A stretch of DNA of 64,000 bases from Macrostomum lignano. Lineage: Eukaryota. Under the pieces are notes generated by a model. That model did not search any database. It was not told the DNA's origin and saw only the letters and a program-made list of their open reading frames with translations. Position numbers and translations under genes: made by a program. Where the stretch lies: positions 1 through 64,000 of the forward strand of contig NIVC01000139.1 of the NCBI GenBank assembly GCA_002269645.1. The letters run 5' to 3'. Positions 49,815-62,500 of this stretch are shown piece after piece; position 1 is the stretch's first letter; each line of letters opens with the position of its first letter.

Positions 49815-49945
49815 GTGCTTACAAGACGCTTCTAAATCTTACTATTTGAACTTCCTGTTGTTGGTTTACATTTGTTAAATACAACTGTTTATAGCAGGAC
49901 TGAGAACTATTTTTCAGGCCTCGTTTGGGGACTGAGAAATGGTAT

Positions 49946-50079
49946 ATATTCCCCATTTATTTTGTTGTCTAGCGGGAAAAAGCAAGAGGTGTCTCGTTTA
50001 TTGACCGAGGCGAAGCCGAGGTCAATGATCGAGACACCGAGTGCTTTTGGCCCTAGACAGCTAAATGAGTGGGGAATAT
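49946..50079. other. ~134-bp imperfect palindrome centred on a GGC-GAA-GCC mini-hairpin
   Basis: ggtgtctcg-tttattgacc-ga-ggc GAA gcc-ga-ggtcaatgat-cgagacacc core (49988-50038); arms extend to atattcccca/tggggaatat. Confidence 0.85.
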
Positions 50080-50734
50080 GATATGTATCCCCCGTTCGTT
50101 GTCTATGGTTGTTGTCTCGAATTTAGCAGCCCGCGGGGCAGCGGGAAATAAATGATTTATTCACCTAGGGAAATAAATGAAAACATGCGTCACATAGACA
50201 CTCGCCCGGGGCAAAAGGGGGATACATGGTTCTCAGTCCTCCTACAACCGATAAATTACCATAGAAGTTGTTGTTCCTCGGGAAAAGGATGAGACTGCGA
50301 AAGAGGCGAGAAATGCACTTTCTGTAGGTTAATTTATTTTCCATTGCCACACTGGGAAAAGGAGGAGAATGTATACTTCTACACTTTAGAAACGCATCCA
50401 GGAATCCCGTTATTTCTGGTATTTCTTTGTTCTTTGTTAAACATGTTCACAGTTCACCTCGTTCATCTTTTGGAGAAAATACAAATGACTAGTCGGAATA
50501 CAAGCACATAAAAGGCTTTTAGACTTCAATTTCTATAAATGTATTACACACATTGCTTCACAAGCAAAAAGGCCACTAAAACCATTTAATCCCCGCTTTG
50601 GCCGGCCAGCTGCCTATCTCCTCTGTGTATTTTCATTTCTTGGACTCCAAGAAATAATTGTCTATGGCTAAAAAACATTCTTTCAAATGAGTTGAGACTC
50701 CCATCAGGCGTTTCTTGGAGGCCAAGAAATAATT

Positions 50735-51012
50735 GTCTATGGTAGAAACACAAAGATCCCCAACGACTTTGGGGTCCCTTCGTAGTCCTTGTGAGCCGCC
50801 CTGATGAGTTTTGGTCACGGCATTGTCCACATACTTCAGACACTCTTCATCGTCAACCGTCTCAAGCTTGATTTGGCGATCGAACAGCAGATCTCGTAAC
50901 TCCTGGCCACCACGCAATGCAAAGTGTTTGCCAACGAGCCAAACAAGCGTGATCACCAGCATCTTGGGTTCCTTCACTCCAAGCACACCCTCGATCCAAA
51001 GCTTCTCTTCAA
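50735..51012 (-). pseudogene. Second, truncated Crypton-type recombinase copy, convergent with the first
   Basis: EEKLWIEGVLGVKEPKML..LVWLVGKHFALRGGQELRDL..TKTHQGG; similarity ends after RDPKVV. Confidence 0.85.
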
Positions 51013-51173
51013 TAGACTCGGCTTCGCCTCGGCCTAGAAACGCAGTCCTCAGCCGTTCCTAGGCCAAAGAAACGAAATCAAGTGGGGATTATCTTATACA
51101 GACACGTAGCTCGTACATTCAAAGCGGCCTTTTAGAATTCTGCCTATATTTGCAAGTGTAACGTCCTGTGTTG

Positions 51174-51374
51174 TTAAGTAGTCCTTGGAGCAGCCTTCAC
51201 GAGCGAGCGCTTTACCTCCTTCAGTTTCGCCCACTGATGCATATTCAGATTGAAGCCGGGAACTCCAGGCTTGAGGCTGGCGCTGCTGCCGTGCCGAAAA
51301 AACTTCCTTATGGCAATGAATTTTTGCCTTTCAAATTCCTGCACCTGTACCTTGTAGCCTTCGCTGATGTCCAT
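51174..51374 (-). CDS. PC4/Sub1-like ssDNA-binding domain ORF (66 aa)
   Basis: YKVQVQEFERQKFIAIRKFF..SLKPGVPGFNLNMHQWAKLKE aligns by eye with the PC4 pattern VSVRDFKGK.LIDIREY..MKPGRKGISL..EQW..LKE. Confidence 0.7.
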   Translation of the reverse strand: MDISEGYKVQVQEFERQKFIAIRKFFRHGSSASLKPGVPGFNLNMHQWAKLKEVKRSLVKAAPRTT

Positions 51375-53540
51375 GATTCACGTGAAGTCGTCTTCAGAGC
51401 TTAAAAAGTGAAGTATGATCTTAAAAATGCTTTTCAAAGCTGGCCCTTTTATATACTCATGGCGGAGTGGGGTGGGTGCCGGAGGGTGGGTGGGTGCTGG
51501 GGAAAGGGTTGGCCAGTATACATTAGCCTCCCCCACTCCAGATGCACAGCACTTCACACTGCAGGCACAGTGCCGGGCTGATTTCAATTAAAGCAAGCAT
51601 ATTACAAACATTAAACAGCAGCGGCCCCACCCAATTTCCGTGCCTTTCCCTGCGACAGAGTGCACCAACGCATTTACATAGGCGCTATGTTCACACACTA
51701 GACAGCGATAGCTCGCATTTTTTGGTAAAAAGAAGCTCCAGACCGAAAGAGTAAGCAAACAAAAACCTGCGAATTGGCAAATTCTTAAAAAGTATACGAG
51801 CGTATTATAATTTCAGTATCTTCTATGTATAAATGGTTAAAAAACAGTTGCATTTCTACTGGTACCATCACAAAAGTCAGACACAGCCATATACATGCAC
51901 AGTATAAGGGCAGCACCACTATTTTATTCACACTACGCGCTGCTCGTTTTCCGCTCCTGCTGCTTCATGGTTTCATAAAATCCTAGTTGCAATATCCTTC
52001 CCCCATAACTGATACTCATCACTGAAGGCTAGCCATTTACACGCTAGCCAATTATAGCCTTGCTACCTTACACCCCTACCCCCCCCCCTCCGCCCCTTAT
52101 CTCTCCCCCTAGCTAGACCTATAGGCTGCTGTGCTGCTGCGCCACATTGCGGCCTATCCTTAACATTGCCGCCTATCTCTCCAGTGCAAGTGCGTCAGAG
52201 TTGAACTAACACATACTACTGCTTAGACATAAGATATTTCCTAAAGAAAAGTTTGCACATGGAGGAAAGAATAGAATGGAGTGCTAATCTGAGCCATTTA
52301 TTTTTGTCTCGCACGATCTTCACTTTTAGCATACCTTTCCCCGTTTGTTCCTATTGGCTCGTGACAAAGTCGTTTTCGTCTCGTTTTCGTTCCCCTTTGA
52401 AAGGTATGTCCCGGCTTAGTACGAGCTCACATAAAAATATGCTTTCAGCCATGTAGAGCGGCATCCCCCCGCACGTCTAACACACCTTACTTACAGTGAC
52501 AATTGCATTATCCCAATATCATCGTGCTGGGGAGCACGGACGAGGTCGAGTCGGACTTTTTATTTCTTACCGAGTAGTCCTGGGTCAAGTTGAAAGGTTT
52601 GGCACTGAAGACTGCATGGTCACTTGTAGTTAAGAGTTCCATTTATTGCCTAAGTTGATAGGCCCTTAGGAATCAATCTATTAACAATCAATGCAGTGGA
52701 AAATTTATTTGCTGCAGCATCCAGCATTTATTATAAATATTAATGAGTCTCTTACATGTATATTTAAATATTCATTATGGTTATATCGCTTCAAACACAC
52801 TACAGAGGCTCCGTCGGATTCTCTGGAATAAAAACAATGAAAAGGCTATAAAATTACGAGTTTTATTCTAAATAGGTATGCGAGCTAATTAGTAAAAAGT
52901 ATTAAAAGGCACTCGCTAATGAAATGGGAAAAAGACATCGCAAGCTATTTTATTGTTTTAGACAACGATTTCTCAGTGATCTATACGCAGAATAATATAA
53001 TGAGAGAAAGGTAAAAAAATTACTAGGGTGAAGAATTAAAAACTGTGGCACTTATAACGAATTTATAAAAAAAAGTTAAATATATACTTAACACCAGTCA
53101 AAAGTGCCACCTCATTGCAAGTCGACGCGACGTTTTCACACTCGACATCGCTTTAGAAATCTATATGGCCAGTTTAAAATAGCGAATAGTTTAAGAAAAC
53201 GTTGCAATTTTTTCCTGATTGATGGCGTAGTTGCGTAACTAACTTGGATTGAATTTTGAATGATAATTGTCCCTGACTCTGACTACGTACGATATGCTCG
53301 GGTGGCTCTTTTGATTGTTGTTGAGCATAGCTAGTGACAAAGTAAAAAACTTTGGTCAATTTCAGAATATGTGAAACTGAAAAGCCACATCGATGTTTCG
53401 GAAGCACAAAAAATCAAAATAAGACCTTCATAACATCGTCACGTGCTATATACTCGTAGTGAGTAAAATTCAGGATAGTGGTGCAAAGGCCTGAAACCCT
53501 GAATCGTTTTGTGTTAAGACAGTTGGAATTACGGTATGTA

Positions 53541-56500
53541 TTATCCAATGCTCAATTTTGCTTGCACCTCCGATCGCTTGCTTTCAGGAAACTCCTGCAG
53601 AACTTCATATAGAAGGCAAGGCAGATCCGTACTGATTTTGATACTTCCCACAGCCGAGTTTTCTGACAGCACTAAAAAGGAGTCGATTGGAAATTGCATT
53701 TATAGTTTTATCACGTATAGTTTTATGTATTAGCTTTATGTTTTATGAAAGTTTTATGTATAGTTTCATATACTAGTTTTTAAAGCATTTTTAACATCAA
53801 AATGGTTGGCCAGATGATAGACGCGATAGAGGCATTTGATGACTCGTGCGAGGTTCCTGCATGCAGTGCGGCTGGGAACGAGCCCAAAATTCAAATTTAT
53901 TTCTATAAAGCCAAACGTTGCCTCCTCCGCCTGTTTTTAACTTACGTACTTTTGATCGCAGCAATAGCTTGTAATTCAACACATATACAGAATTATGGGG
54001 TTTTATTAATTATCCAATTTACCTATGTTGTGTATGAACTTTAAGTTCTATGGTTTATGGGTGAAGCCTTATTCATATTTTAAGTATAGCAGCCAGCTAT
54101 TTCGCTGCGGAAAATATACGCGCTGCATGCATCTACGATCTCTTCCTAACTCGGCATCTTGCATTCGTCTTCGTTACTACGAAAAGTACAACATGGCGAC
54201 GAGGAAAATTTAATTATTCGCGGGACGATACTGCAGTCACCAAATCTTCATTCCGATGTCTTCCGGACTCGACTTCCGACTGGGGGAGATGCCGCTGTGC
54301 TACCCCGATGTCGAACAGTATTTCAAGCGTCTCGGTTTTTACATTAGCGCAACGGAAAAGAATGACCAGAGCAAAGCCGTTCTACTTGCTACTTGTGGAG
54401 ATGCCGCATTTTCACTGATTGAGACACTTGTGCAGCCAGAAGACATTTTAAACGATACAAAGTGTACGTTCGATTTCATCAAAGAAGCGGTACTGAGCCA
54501 CTTGAAACCCAAGCGCCTTCTTCACTACGACAGACATCTGCTACATACCATGGTCCAAATACAGGGTGAGTCGGTGACAAAGTTTTTGGAGAGACTGAAG
54601 ACACAGGCCAACAAATGCGAATTCGGCAACCTGCGAGAAGAGTTAATTCTTTCTCAGTATATTTTTGGACTGGCTGATAATTCTCTGAAGCAAAAATTAC
54701 TAGTGAAGGAAAAGCTGGATCTAGAGACTGCGGTTAAGGATAGTCTCTTATCGGAGTCCGTATCTCAAGCCACTGATTCGAGCAAAACCGTCGCAGCAGT
54801 GCAAAAAAACACTCACAAGAAGACCGGCAGCAACCAAAAGTATCCAACGGTATCCAGGCCAATGCCAACAACGCCGAATCATTCTAAGTCTAGCTGCCAT
54901 TCCTGTGGTAACCCGGGTCATCTTAGAAATACCTGCAAGTTCCGTAATGCGACATGTCACAAGTGCGGAAAAACCGGGCACATTGCCAGAGCATGCAGGT
55001 CCAACATCGGTGCCAGCAAGAAAGTCACGTACGCGGAAGTTGAAGCAACCGACGCTGATCCACCTGATTCAGCTGTGTACTCGGTGATCAAGGCTACTCC
55101 ATGCGACGAACTCTAGAAAATAGTCTGCACGATCGGTGATTTCACAGTCCATATGTGCGTCGACTATGGTAGTCAGGTAACAATTTTGCCAGTAACCATC
55201 GTAGAGCAAGCCGGATTGCACATGGTTGACGCGGACATTCGATCACTCAAAGTTTTCGGGGGAGCTTCAGTTTCCGTACGAGGCACGGCTAAGGACGTCA
55301 CGATTGAGCTGAGAAACGGCAAAACAGCATGCGGAGACATATATGTCGGGGACCCATCCAGTCAAGCCATTTTGGGAATAAATTTTATTCGTGCCTTCAA
55401 CCTATTGACGGTAGACGAATTTCTGTGCCATCCAGTGCAGTGTGATGAAAATTCAAGATTCCAGGCCAGCTTTCGCCTGAAGGACGGGGCCTCTACCGAT
55501 GGAATGTGCTTTCCTGCCAGATCCCTTCCGTTCTCAATTAAAACTTTGGTTGAACTGGAGCTGAAAAGACTGGAAAGTGCAGGTATCATCTACCCAGTTC
55601 ACTCGCCTAAGGTATCGTGCCCTATTGTTCCTGTGTTGAAACCAGAAGGATCAAAGAGACCCATTAGACTGTGTGGAGACTATTCAGTCACTCTCAACAG
55701 ACTGATAGACCGAGATCGATATCGACTGCCAACTTTGAAAGAAATCCTTCAAAAGATCCCAAATTCGAAAGTGTATTCAGTGCTCGACCTCGAAGACGCA
55801 TTCTTGCAGATTCCCCTAACGCCAGAAAGTCAGGATCTTACGTGTATTTCCACCCACGTAGGACATTTTGCCTTCCGTAAGTTACAATTTGGGATATCGG
55901 CAGCACCACTGATATTTCAGGAAGTTATGGATATCTTGCTCAAAGGAATACCAGGCACTGCTTCTTATCAGGACGACATCATTCTAGGCACTGAAACAGT
56001 GGAGCAGCATCGACAGATCCTGGTGCAAGTCAAGGAAAAACTGAAAAAGCATGGATTCAAGATCAATGAGCGTAAGACTCAGGAGTGCAAGAAAGAAGTC
56101 ACATTTCTGGGATTTCTCCTTCGAGATGGGAAACTTTTGCCTGATCCTGCAAGAGTGGAAGCTCTATCCAACTTGTCAGAGCCAAAAGACCGGGATCAAT
56201 TGAGAAGTGCTATATGCACCTTAAGACACTACGGGATTTTTTGTCGGAACTTCTCTATGATCGCCAAGCCGCTCTATTACCACCTAAAGAAAGGGGTTCA
56301 GTGGAAATGGACTGTCGTTCACTCAAGTGCGTTCTCCCAACTGAAAGCTGCTGTAACGGAAGGTCGAATCGTTTCTTATGATATAAAAAGGCCGTTGTTT
56401 CTAACTTGCGACGCTTCTCAGAGTGGAGTCGGATTTGTGCTGTCCCACGACACGAACCAAAAAGAAGTTGTATGGCTGGGAAGCAGAGTTTTGACCAAGG

Positions 56501-59500
56501 CTGAGGCCAACTACGCCAACATTGAGCGGGAGGCTCTTGCAATTATCGAGGGTGTAAAATATTTTCATCAATTTCTGGCAGGCCGTCATTTTACAATCAT
56601 CTCTGATCACAGACCTTTGCAGTACATCTTCTCTACAACGAAAGTTCCTGACCGAGTTTCTGCGAGATCCCAGAGATGGGCATTGCTGCTCAGATCCTTT
56701 GACTACACTGTCACTTATTCAAAAGGAGACACCATGCTCGCAGCAGATACTCTGTCCAGAATTCCTTCAACAAACGCTTCTACTTCGTTTTCAAATTTTG
56801 ATGTCAATCTGCTGGAGGTAAACTCTCTCGTAGAATTTTCTTCTTCTGGGACAATTCTTCGGCGTGTCGCCAACACCAGAGACCCTGAAATTGATACTAT
56901 CAAGAAGTTTGTTACTCAAGGTTGGCCAAGCTACATTTCTAAACAGCTGCTTCCGTACACCAAATCCAAGGCGGAATACTCCATTCAAAACGGGATTCTG
57001 TTCAAAGGGATCCGAATCGTGCCTCCAAAGTCCATGCGCAGAGAAATTCTTCAAATTCTTCACGAGAATCATCCGGGCATTGTGCGCATGATCAGACTAG
57101 CTCGAGAGTACTTCTGGTGGCCTTACATTGACGCCCAGATCAATAGCTTCGTTCAAAGGTGTCCTTCCTGCCAACTAAATTCGAGAAAGCGAACAAATGC
57201 AAATCTGCATTCATGGGAGGATGCAAAGTTCTTCTTCGAACGTGTTCATCTGGACATAGCATATTTCAAGGAGAAACACTTCTTGGTTCTCATCGACTCC
57301 TTCTCTCGGTGGATTGATGTACATCAGCTGTCCAATCTCACAGCCAACTCTCTTATTCAAGCATGCAGACGAACATTTAAGTACATGGGACTTCCAACGT
57401 GCATTGTGACTGACAATGGAACCAATTTTCGATCAAAAGAGTTCGCAGAATTTCTCAAGAAGAATCTAATTAACCATGTCCTAACACCACCTGGTCATCA
57501 CCAGTCAAATGGGATTGTGGAGAGAGCTATCCAAGAGTTGAAAGTGACTCTGAAGCAGAACAGTAATGACATAGGTTCCGAATGTGAGAAGGTGTTGATA
57601 TCATTCTGCCTTTCGAAGAACACTACACCGAATTCCGAAGGAGCGATTCCTGCTGCACAACTGTTTATGCAACGCCCAAGAACGCGCCTCACTGCAACCT
57701 TTACAGAATGGGACAAACCGCTAACTACCCCAATTCCTGTCTACATCAACGTAGAAGGAAAGTCAGACAAGGTCCCAGAAGAAATCCAAGGACTTCATGG
57801 ATCAAATACCTACTTGGACAGCAAAGGACGGGTTGTCCATGCATCTGATGCAACGCCAAGGACTACAGAGAACTCACAAGAGATTACCTCGCCTGGACCT
57901 GCCAATGTTGGCAGCAGCAAGGAGAAGGAAATGGAGACTACGACTCCTGCTGAAGTGGAGACAACCAGCGATCAAAGTCCCGAGTACCAAGTTTCTCGTC
58001 GAAGTCAGAGGCTCCGAAAAGCCCCTGATCGGCTGACCTATTCCTGATTTATTTGATCGTTAGACAAAATAGAAAACAGTCATTTATTTCTCTCCAGGTT
58101 AATTGCTAAAATGTGGGGGTGTTGTGTATGAACTTTAAGTTCTATGGTTTATGGGTGAAGCCTTATTCATATTTTAAGTATAGCAGCCAGCTACTTCGCT
58201 GCGGAAAATATACGCGCTGCATGCATCTACGATCTCTTCCTAACTCGGCATCTTGCATTCGTCTTCGTTACTACGAAAAGTAAAACACCTATATTAATTG
58301 CTTCTTACCCCCTTTATTGCCCTTATTAAGTAATAAAGGTTTCTTTAGCTTTAGCTTCGAGTACTCCGAAAATTTTCTGGTTGCATATGCATAGAGCGCA
58401 ATTGCCTAAAAGTGTAGTTACTGCGCTCAGAATCTTGCTTTGGCACATAACAGAGGCAATTTTCGGCGAGCCCGGGGGGCATTTCATAGCAAAATAAGCG
58501 CCAGTTACTTTAGCAGGCAAGAGTGTTGGCCTCGACTCAAAAGCCTGTTTCATCTGCTCAGATCTTTCAAAGGACACAGGCAAATCTTTCATAAATAAAT
58601 AAAACAGAAAGTGGCACTCACATGGAAACGAAGTCTCATTGAGTTCCTGCCCTCTGACTGTCAGCTCAGCCAATGGCACCGTGGCCTGGGCCAGGTCGAG
58701 AAAGAACTCGCTCTCCTCATCTTTGGACTCGCAGACCACCGAGAACCGCAGCTCTACTTGTCCCTGTAGTAAAATTGTTGCCAGCTGCAGTCTTCTGTTG
58801 TACTCATTCTCGTAGCTGAAGTCAAATCTCTGTAAATCATAGTTTAGTACAGTTTTACATTCAGCACATTGAAAACTGTACACTATATAGAATGTATTCA
58901 TTTTAGAACACTATTATTAAGTTAGGTTATTTGAGACCAGTAGTTAAAATATTACGGAATTAAATATGAAACGCCGTGGTTGTCTCAACACCACCACTGG
59001 TCTCAACACCACCACTGTACCCCTACCGGGTATGTCCCAATTCGACTATCTAGAGCGTTTTAAATCCTAGAGTAGTTTATAAAAATCTGCTACTTTTGTG
59101 CGGAATCCGAGCAGACCACGACATACAAATATTCGCATATAAATTACCGTTTAAATCGATCAAAAATATTTCGAATAATCAATGATATTTCGTATATAGG
59201 CAGCTATGTTTTGTAAACCATTTGTTCCTTGAAGTTTAAGCACGTACGAGTTAAAAATGCTTAAAAATGCTTATAATACACGTACCGAACACGTAAGATA
59301 AGTTAGGTATAATTTGCATCCCAGCTGCAAGCCAGTACCTTCTGAAAGTTGAACATCAAATCGAAGTCCTTCGACCGCGACTTCCCGGGCCGTGGAGTCG
59401 GCAGTGACAGCGGTGTCTCAGTTTCCTCCATGTCATAGCCAGGCAGGTCAAAGGACACGTAGCAGCGGGTCGCATCCAGATCCGGATTGTGCAGCTGCTT

Positions 59501-62500
59501 GCACTGTTCGTCTAGGTGAACCTGAAATATCTGAATTGAGCAGCTGTCCACTGCTCGCCCGCCAGTAACAGCCTCAACGACTACGTCATCCGACTCGTGT
59601 TCTGATTCGAACTCGCCGTCATAACTTTGCTCTGTCTCTCTCTGTGCCTCTTGCTGCCTCTGTTCTTCTTTGTGAAGTTTTGCTTTTAGACGGGGAGACT
59701 CTGGCGCTGAAATCCGGGGTGACATTTGTAAAACACATACGGAACACAGTAGAACAGACCCGTCAGACTCTGTGTAATAAATGTGACTGTTAACCAAGCA
59801 TGTTCATACAATCCCAACTCCCAACTTTAAGCCCTTACATCTATTCTATTCCCATATCTTTCAGAAGTCTTGTCATTTCTTTAGTTTGCGCTTGCAATAC
59901 CCTCCCTCTAAGCACCCGCAACACAGAAATTCCTAAACCTAACTTTTCCTCGACAAAAATAACCGCCTTGTCGAATTTTCTCGCAATAGAGTTATGAAAT
60001 CTACTAGAACTAGAAGGTCCCATAGTATCTAGCATCTGTATCATTCGTCTCACCTACTTTTCTCATCGGGACAATCGAGCTATATGGTCATGCCACATAG
60101 AGATGGAGATTTCAGAGCCGGTTTTTATTGGCTAGCTCTGTAATCAATTTTAGCTGACCGGGGCCTTTGCCTCTGCCCGGCCCGGTGGGTGGGATGGGAG
60201 TGTGGTGTGCGTCGTGTGTGTTGAGGGGAAGAGGGTGGGTTGCTCAGGTATTTCTTTCTTGGGCTCTAATTTTTGTGGATAAAAATATATTGATCTTCGC
60301 TTGATCTCCGTGCCTGCCTGTCAAGGACTATGTCAACGACCTGTCGGGCCTAGCAGACGAGCTGTTTACCCGGGACAGCTCAGATGGACTGGTGCTCAAG
60401 AAGTCGACTAAATTGGATGGCATGTCAGTCGGGCAGCAGCTGTCTGGCAGCATGAGCTTGGTTTCCGTGACGATTTCGAATGGAATGAGACGTGAGCGTG
60501 AAGAATGCAGATGGATAATAAGAGGATTGAGCCAGTACCAAGTCAGATTACATGCACTATTTTGGAAGAATTTCGACCTAAATTGGCCCCTTTTTATTCG
60601 ATTTCTTCTTAGGGAATAATAAAGATAGAGTGGATAAAATCATGGATGCCGTGAAAATTTTTGTTTTAAAGCCACATCACAACTACTACTCACTATAGAA
60701 GAAACCGACCAGTAACTTAAGAATTAGGTGAAGAAATAGATGAGTTCAAAGGAATTTTTCAGCATAAATATTGAGCCGTGTGTCTGCATTGGAGTTCTGC
60801 AGTTATTATCTTGCTTTATAGCTTTTGCGATAGTTTCTGTAAGTTTCACGAAACTGAATTGTTGCTAAAAGATTTAAAACGTCAAAAAACGTCAAAAAAT
60901 TCGCTACTAACCTGCTTTGCTGAAATTATTCTCGAAAGTCCTGGGCTCCATGTTGTCCTGCTTCTGTTCCAGGTTCGACTGCGACAGGCTTGGTTGATCG
61001 ATATTGACGGGTTTAGGCTGGAAATTCGAAGGGCATTCAATATAAGATTGGCACATCTGGCATTAATCTGAGTCTGTCTAAAGCTTTTGCGCAGTTGCAC
61101 AGTCAAAATTCAATTTCCAATGAAGTGGATTAAATGCTTAACCAGAATTTATGTCAGATAACTGACGAGTCCAATGAATATAAACAACATGATTAACAGT
61201 TAGCTACAATAATAGCCTAGGGTGAACGTTTTAAAGCTATCTTAGTCCAGGGTCGATCTTACGAACGTAGCGCTTTTTAATTTTAAACCATTTTTTCTAT
61301 CGGGATACGAGTTTGGATCGACCACATGAAAATAGTTTTAAATCCAACTGCCAATAATTAATGATAATAATACCTATGTTTAAAAAACAATACTCAATGA
61401 GGGTCGCACGCAAACGTGAAGCTTCTAAAATTCTATTAGGAGTGCTCAGCTTGCGGCCTCACCGTGTTTGTCAATCTTTGTTATCATCCTGCAGATCCAG
61501 ACTCTACTATAGAACCCAGAACCTTCCTACAGAAGCCTGTAGAACTGCTCATCAACACCCAGTTGAATTTCTGTAGAATTTCATATTCTTGAGCGTAGAC
61601 TAACGAAAATGCAAAATTACGCTCGAAAAGTAGTAGGGTCATTATTTGTGAAATCTTACATTAACTATGGACTCAGGCAACGTGCAGAGTGGTTAGGAAG
61701 GATTAAAGCGGAAATTGCCAGCCACGCGGCAACCCACCTCTAAGCGATCCTCTTCAGCCACTGCCGAGTCCGCTCTGTTGTGGCTTTGCAATCTTTGCTG
61801 CCGTGGCTCTGTAAACGACCGCTGCTGCTCACGTAGCTGAACAGTAGTCTGTTGTGACCGGTGTGGCCCGGCGGACTCGAGTTCTGCACCTTGGACTCTG
61901 CACAATATTATTAGGTAGACAAAATTAAATGTGCTGCTGCGATTATTGCAAGCCCCAAGGCAGTCTGCGATACCCGCTTGCGACCCTCGACCGTTTAAGG
62001 CTCGTTCACACCGCCATTAAACAAACCATCAAATCACAAATTGATTTACAAAGCAACCAAAAAGTATTATAAGCTGTGCGATCACGCTAAAATTGTCTTC
62101 ATCTGATTGCGGTGTGAACGAGCCTTTAGACTCATACTGAATAAGTTTAGACTGCGTTGAGAAGAAGTTCTAGATAATAAGGATAACGTATCAAAATTGA
62201 AAACGATCTGCTTCTTCCTAAGAAAAATTAGTTGTCAACTATTAGACAGATTTTTATAAAACAACATTTTGCTAAGCCACTAAAATACGACCCATTTAAA
62301 TTTGATAGCTCGTAGCTCTCCAGAAAACCAATCAAAGCATACAATCCAAAACCCCATAGTAGCTCCTCCAAGCACCAAAAATAGCTCGTAGTTCAGCTGC
62401 ACTAGAGACCGGCTAGAGCCAATCACATCTGCCCGAACCGACCTATTCGTACCAATCCTTAGGTTGAATACGCCAAGGAGGGACGAGATTTTCATTGTTC

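Larger units (their letters stand above)
54026..58287 (+). mobile_element. Full-length Mag-like Ty3/Gypsy LTR retrotransposon (4,262 bp), antisense in the last RPGRIP1L intron
   Basis: 168-bp TG...CA LTRs (54026-54193, 58120-58287) with 2 mismatches, 4-bp TSD CCTA, PBS TGGCGACGAGGA (tRNA-Ser(GCU)-type), PPT aaaatgtggggg. Confidence 0.97.

Noticed and set aside
52540-52630. Possible - strand micro-exon (DHAVFSAKPFNLTQDYS|GTAAGA)
   Set aside because: No partner exons or homology could be identified.
59841-60053. 70-aa - strand ORF as an RPGRIP1L exon
   Set aside because: No resemblance to RPGRIP1L and no convincing splice sites.
60310-60470. GC-rich, coding-looking patch inside an RPGRIP1L intron
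   Set aside because: It could be a missed linker exon, but strand, frame and splice sites could not be resolved; not annotated.
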